NCBI RefSeq assembly: GCF_003704095.1
Contig: NW_020844078.1
Location: 1-64,000 of the forward strand
Direction of reading: 5' to 3'
Length of the DNA: 64,000 bases
DNA from: Pocillopora damicornis
Taxonomy: Eukaryota
Below, one piece after another: positions 62,422 to 64,000 of this stretch (the first letter of the stretch is position 1; the number at the start of each line of letters is the position of its first letter). A program made the position numbers and the translations under genes. A model generated the notes under the pieces. It did not search any database, was not told the DNA's origin, and saw only the letters and a program-made list of their open reading frames with translations.

Positions 62422-64000
62422 CATCACCAATAATCACAAGTTTGTCAGAAACATGGTAGGGCTTACACTGATAAAAAGAAAAAATTGTAAGGAAAAAAAC
62501 AAACAAACAAAAGCAAGCAATTAGAAATGACAAAGTCATTTAATTTTAAAGGAATCAACTTACTCAACCTGTTATGTATGTTAGTGTACCAAACTTATTT
62601 GTGAAAATTATATTTAACTGTATTGTATTGGTAACAAGAGCCAGCTTCAATTTGTAGACTTTGTACATGACTTACAAAGGAGCATGTAATATTGGACTTA
62701 AAAATGTTTAGAGGTATTTAGCTTTGTCTGGCTCTTGCCTTGCTCTTGCCCAACTCCTGTTAGCCTTGTTCAGCTGGTCATTGTCCGAACAAGAGCATAA
62801 CATTTGTCCAGCTTGTTAGCTGAAAGCTACACAATTTTTTTGTCCAGGTCACATCAGGCCACATTCAGGCTCCAAATTTTCAAAGGGGTTATTCAATTTT
62901 ACAAAAGTTGATTCATCTAGGAGGACTTCTTTAATACTAGGCATAATGCAACTAAATAAAAGAGGAACATTTAAATTTTACCTTAATGGATACCATAGGA
63001 CCGGTCGGATTTCTGAAAAATTCTTCCAACAGTTTTTCTCTGGCAAAATAAAAAGTACAGATACACATAAACTTGAAAAGTAAATTCTTATCTCCATAAA
63101 TTAACCATAGAAGATCACTAGCTTCTGGTTAAAAAAGACTGTCCTTGTCAACCCAAAACTTTTCTTACGAAGGTATCGAAGAAAAAAAAAAAGGACTTTG
63201 ACATACTTACATGTACTATAACTTGGAAATACACGAACTTACATGAGATACATAGGCAATAGTTAATTAGTAAAAGAGTTAAGTCTGTACTTGGGAGCCT
63301 AATGGCCCACCCAGCCAAGCTTATCCTGGTTTCTAACTAGCGTGGAGTGACTAGGAGTATCACTTCTCCCCCCTGGATGGGATGCTAGTCCATGGCAAAG
63401 AAAAATATCGATGAGGGGATTAAGTTGATCTGATCCCAAATTCTCCAAACTAACATCATATGAACTGTATGGCAGACATTAAGGAGAATTACTAATGAGA
63501 TCTTGGGAGTGAAAGGGTCAAAAACTTACTCTCCCATGAGGTTCAGGAAATCTGGGAACTCTGCATTAAAAAAGGTCAGGACATCATCCTAAAAACACCA
63601 AATGGAAAGATCAATAGATAATATTTCAAGTCTGATTTCATAAAATCAGTTGATAACGTAAATTGACTACCATTAAGAGTTTAAAAGCTCATGTTAGTCT
63701 TCGTCTTCATTATCATTTGCTCTAATGAAGGGCTAACACCCATAACGTGTCAAAGTCTTTATGGTGGCCAATTCATATTATCAACTCAGTTAATAAAACC
63801 AAATTATCTTGTTGTACTCTCCCTCCAGCACAGCACCACAGTTTCATTATAAAAAATAATTGAGTTTGGCGCATCATATTATCCTTTTAACGTATTTTGA
63901 TGCAAAACAGAAAAACCACAAAACACAGTAAGAATCATTTGTCTAAATTAAAATTCACTTTACTCAATAAGAAAATGTTACCTTTGTTTTCAACTTGTCA
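62422..64000 (-). CDS. KMO: Kynurenine 3-monooxygenase, middle exons; the gene continues beyond the window
   Basis: Exons >64000-63982 (DKLKTK), 63588-63530 (DDVLTFFNAEFPDFLNLMG), 63039-62982 (EKLLEEFFRNPTGPMVSIK) and 62467-62422 (CKPYHVSDKLVIIGD, running into the gap at the FAD-binding GDAAH motif). Phases are consistent. Confidence 0.88.

Overview
This is eukaryotic genomic DNA from a draft scaffold with five 100-N gaps. It has GT-AG introns and AT-rich intergenic sequence, and the gene content and repeat families suggest a stony coral (Pocillopora-like; inferred). The ORF track captures only the large exons, so I rebuilt gene models by hand from splice sites and reading-frame phase. Left to right: a disrupted TMEM121/CECR6-like gene (-); a 13-exon SAM-RA-RA-PDZ-coiled-coil Rau-like adaptor (+); CWC25 (-) head-to-head with inversin INVS (+); two intronless paralogous RVxF-ankyrin PP1-regulator-like genes (-), both ending in E-T-x-V; CCDC103/DNAAF19 (+); a MANSC-domain type I membrane protein (-) head-to-head with PM20D2 (+); and kynurenine 3-monooxygenase (KMO). 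KMO exons lie on opposite strands either side of a gap, which points to a flipped contig. Many short TTAA-ended MITE-like and SINE-like repeats are present. There is no prokaryotic system, CRISPR array, rRNA or convincing tRNA. The best candidates for new biology are the split-PDZ Ras adaptor and the PDZ-ligand-bearing PP1 regulators. All family assignments come from recalled motifs, not database searches.
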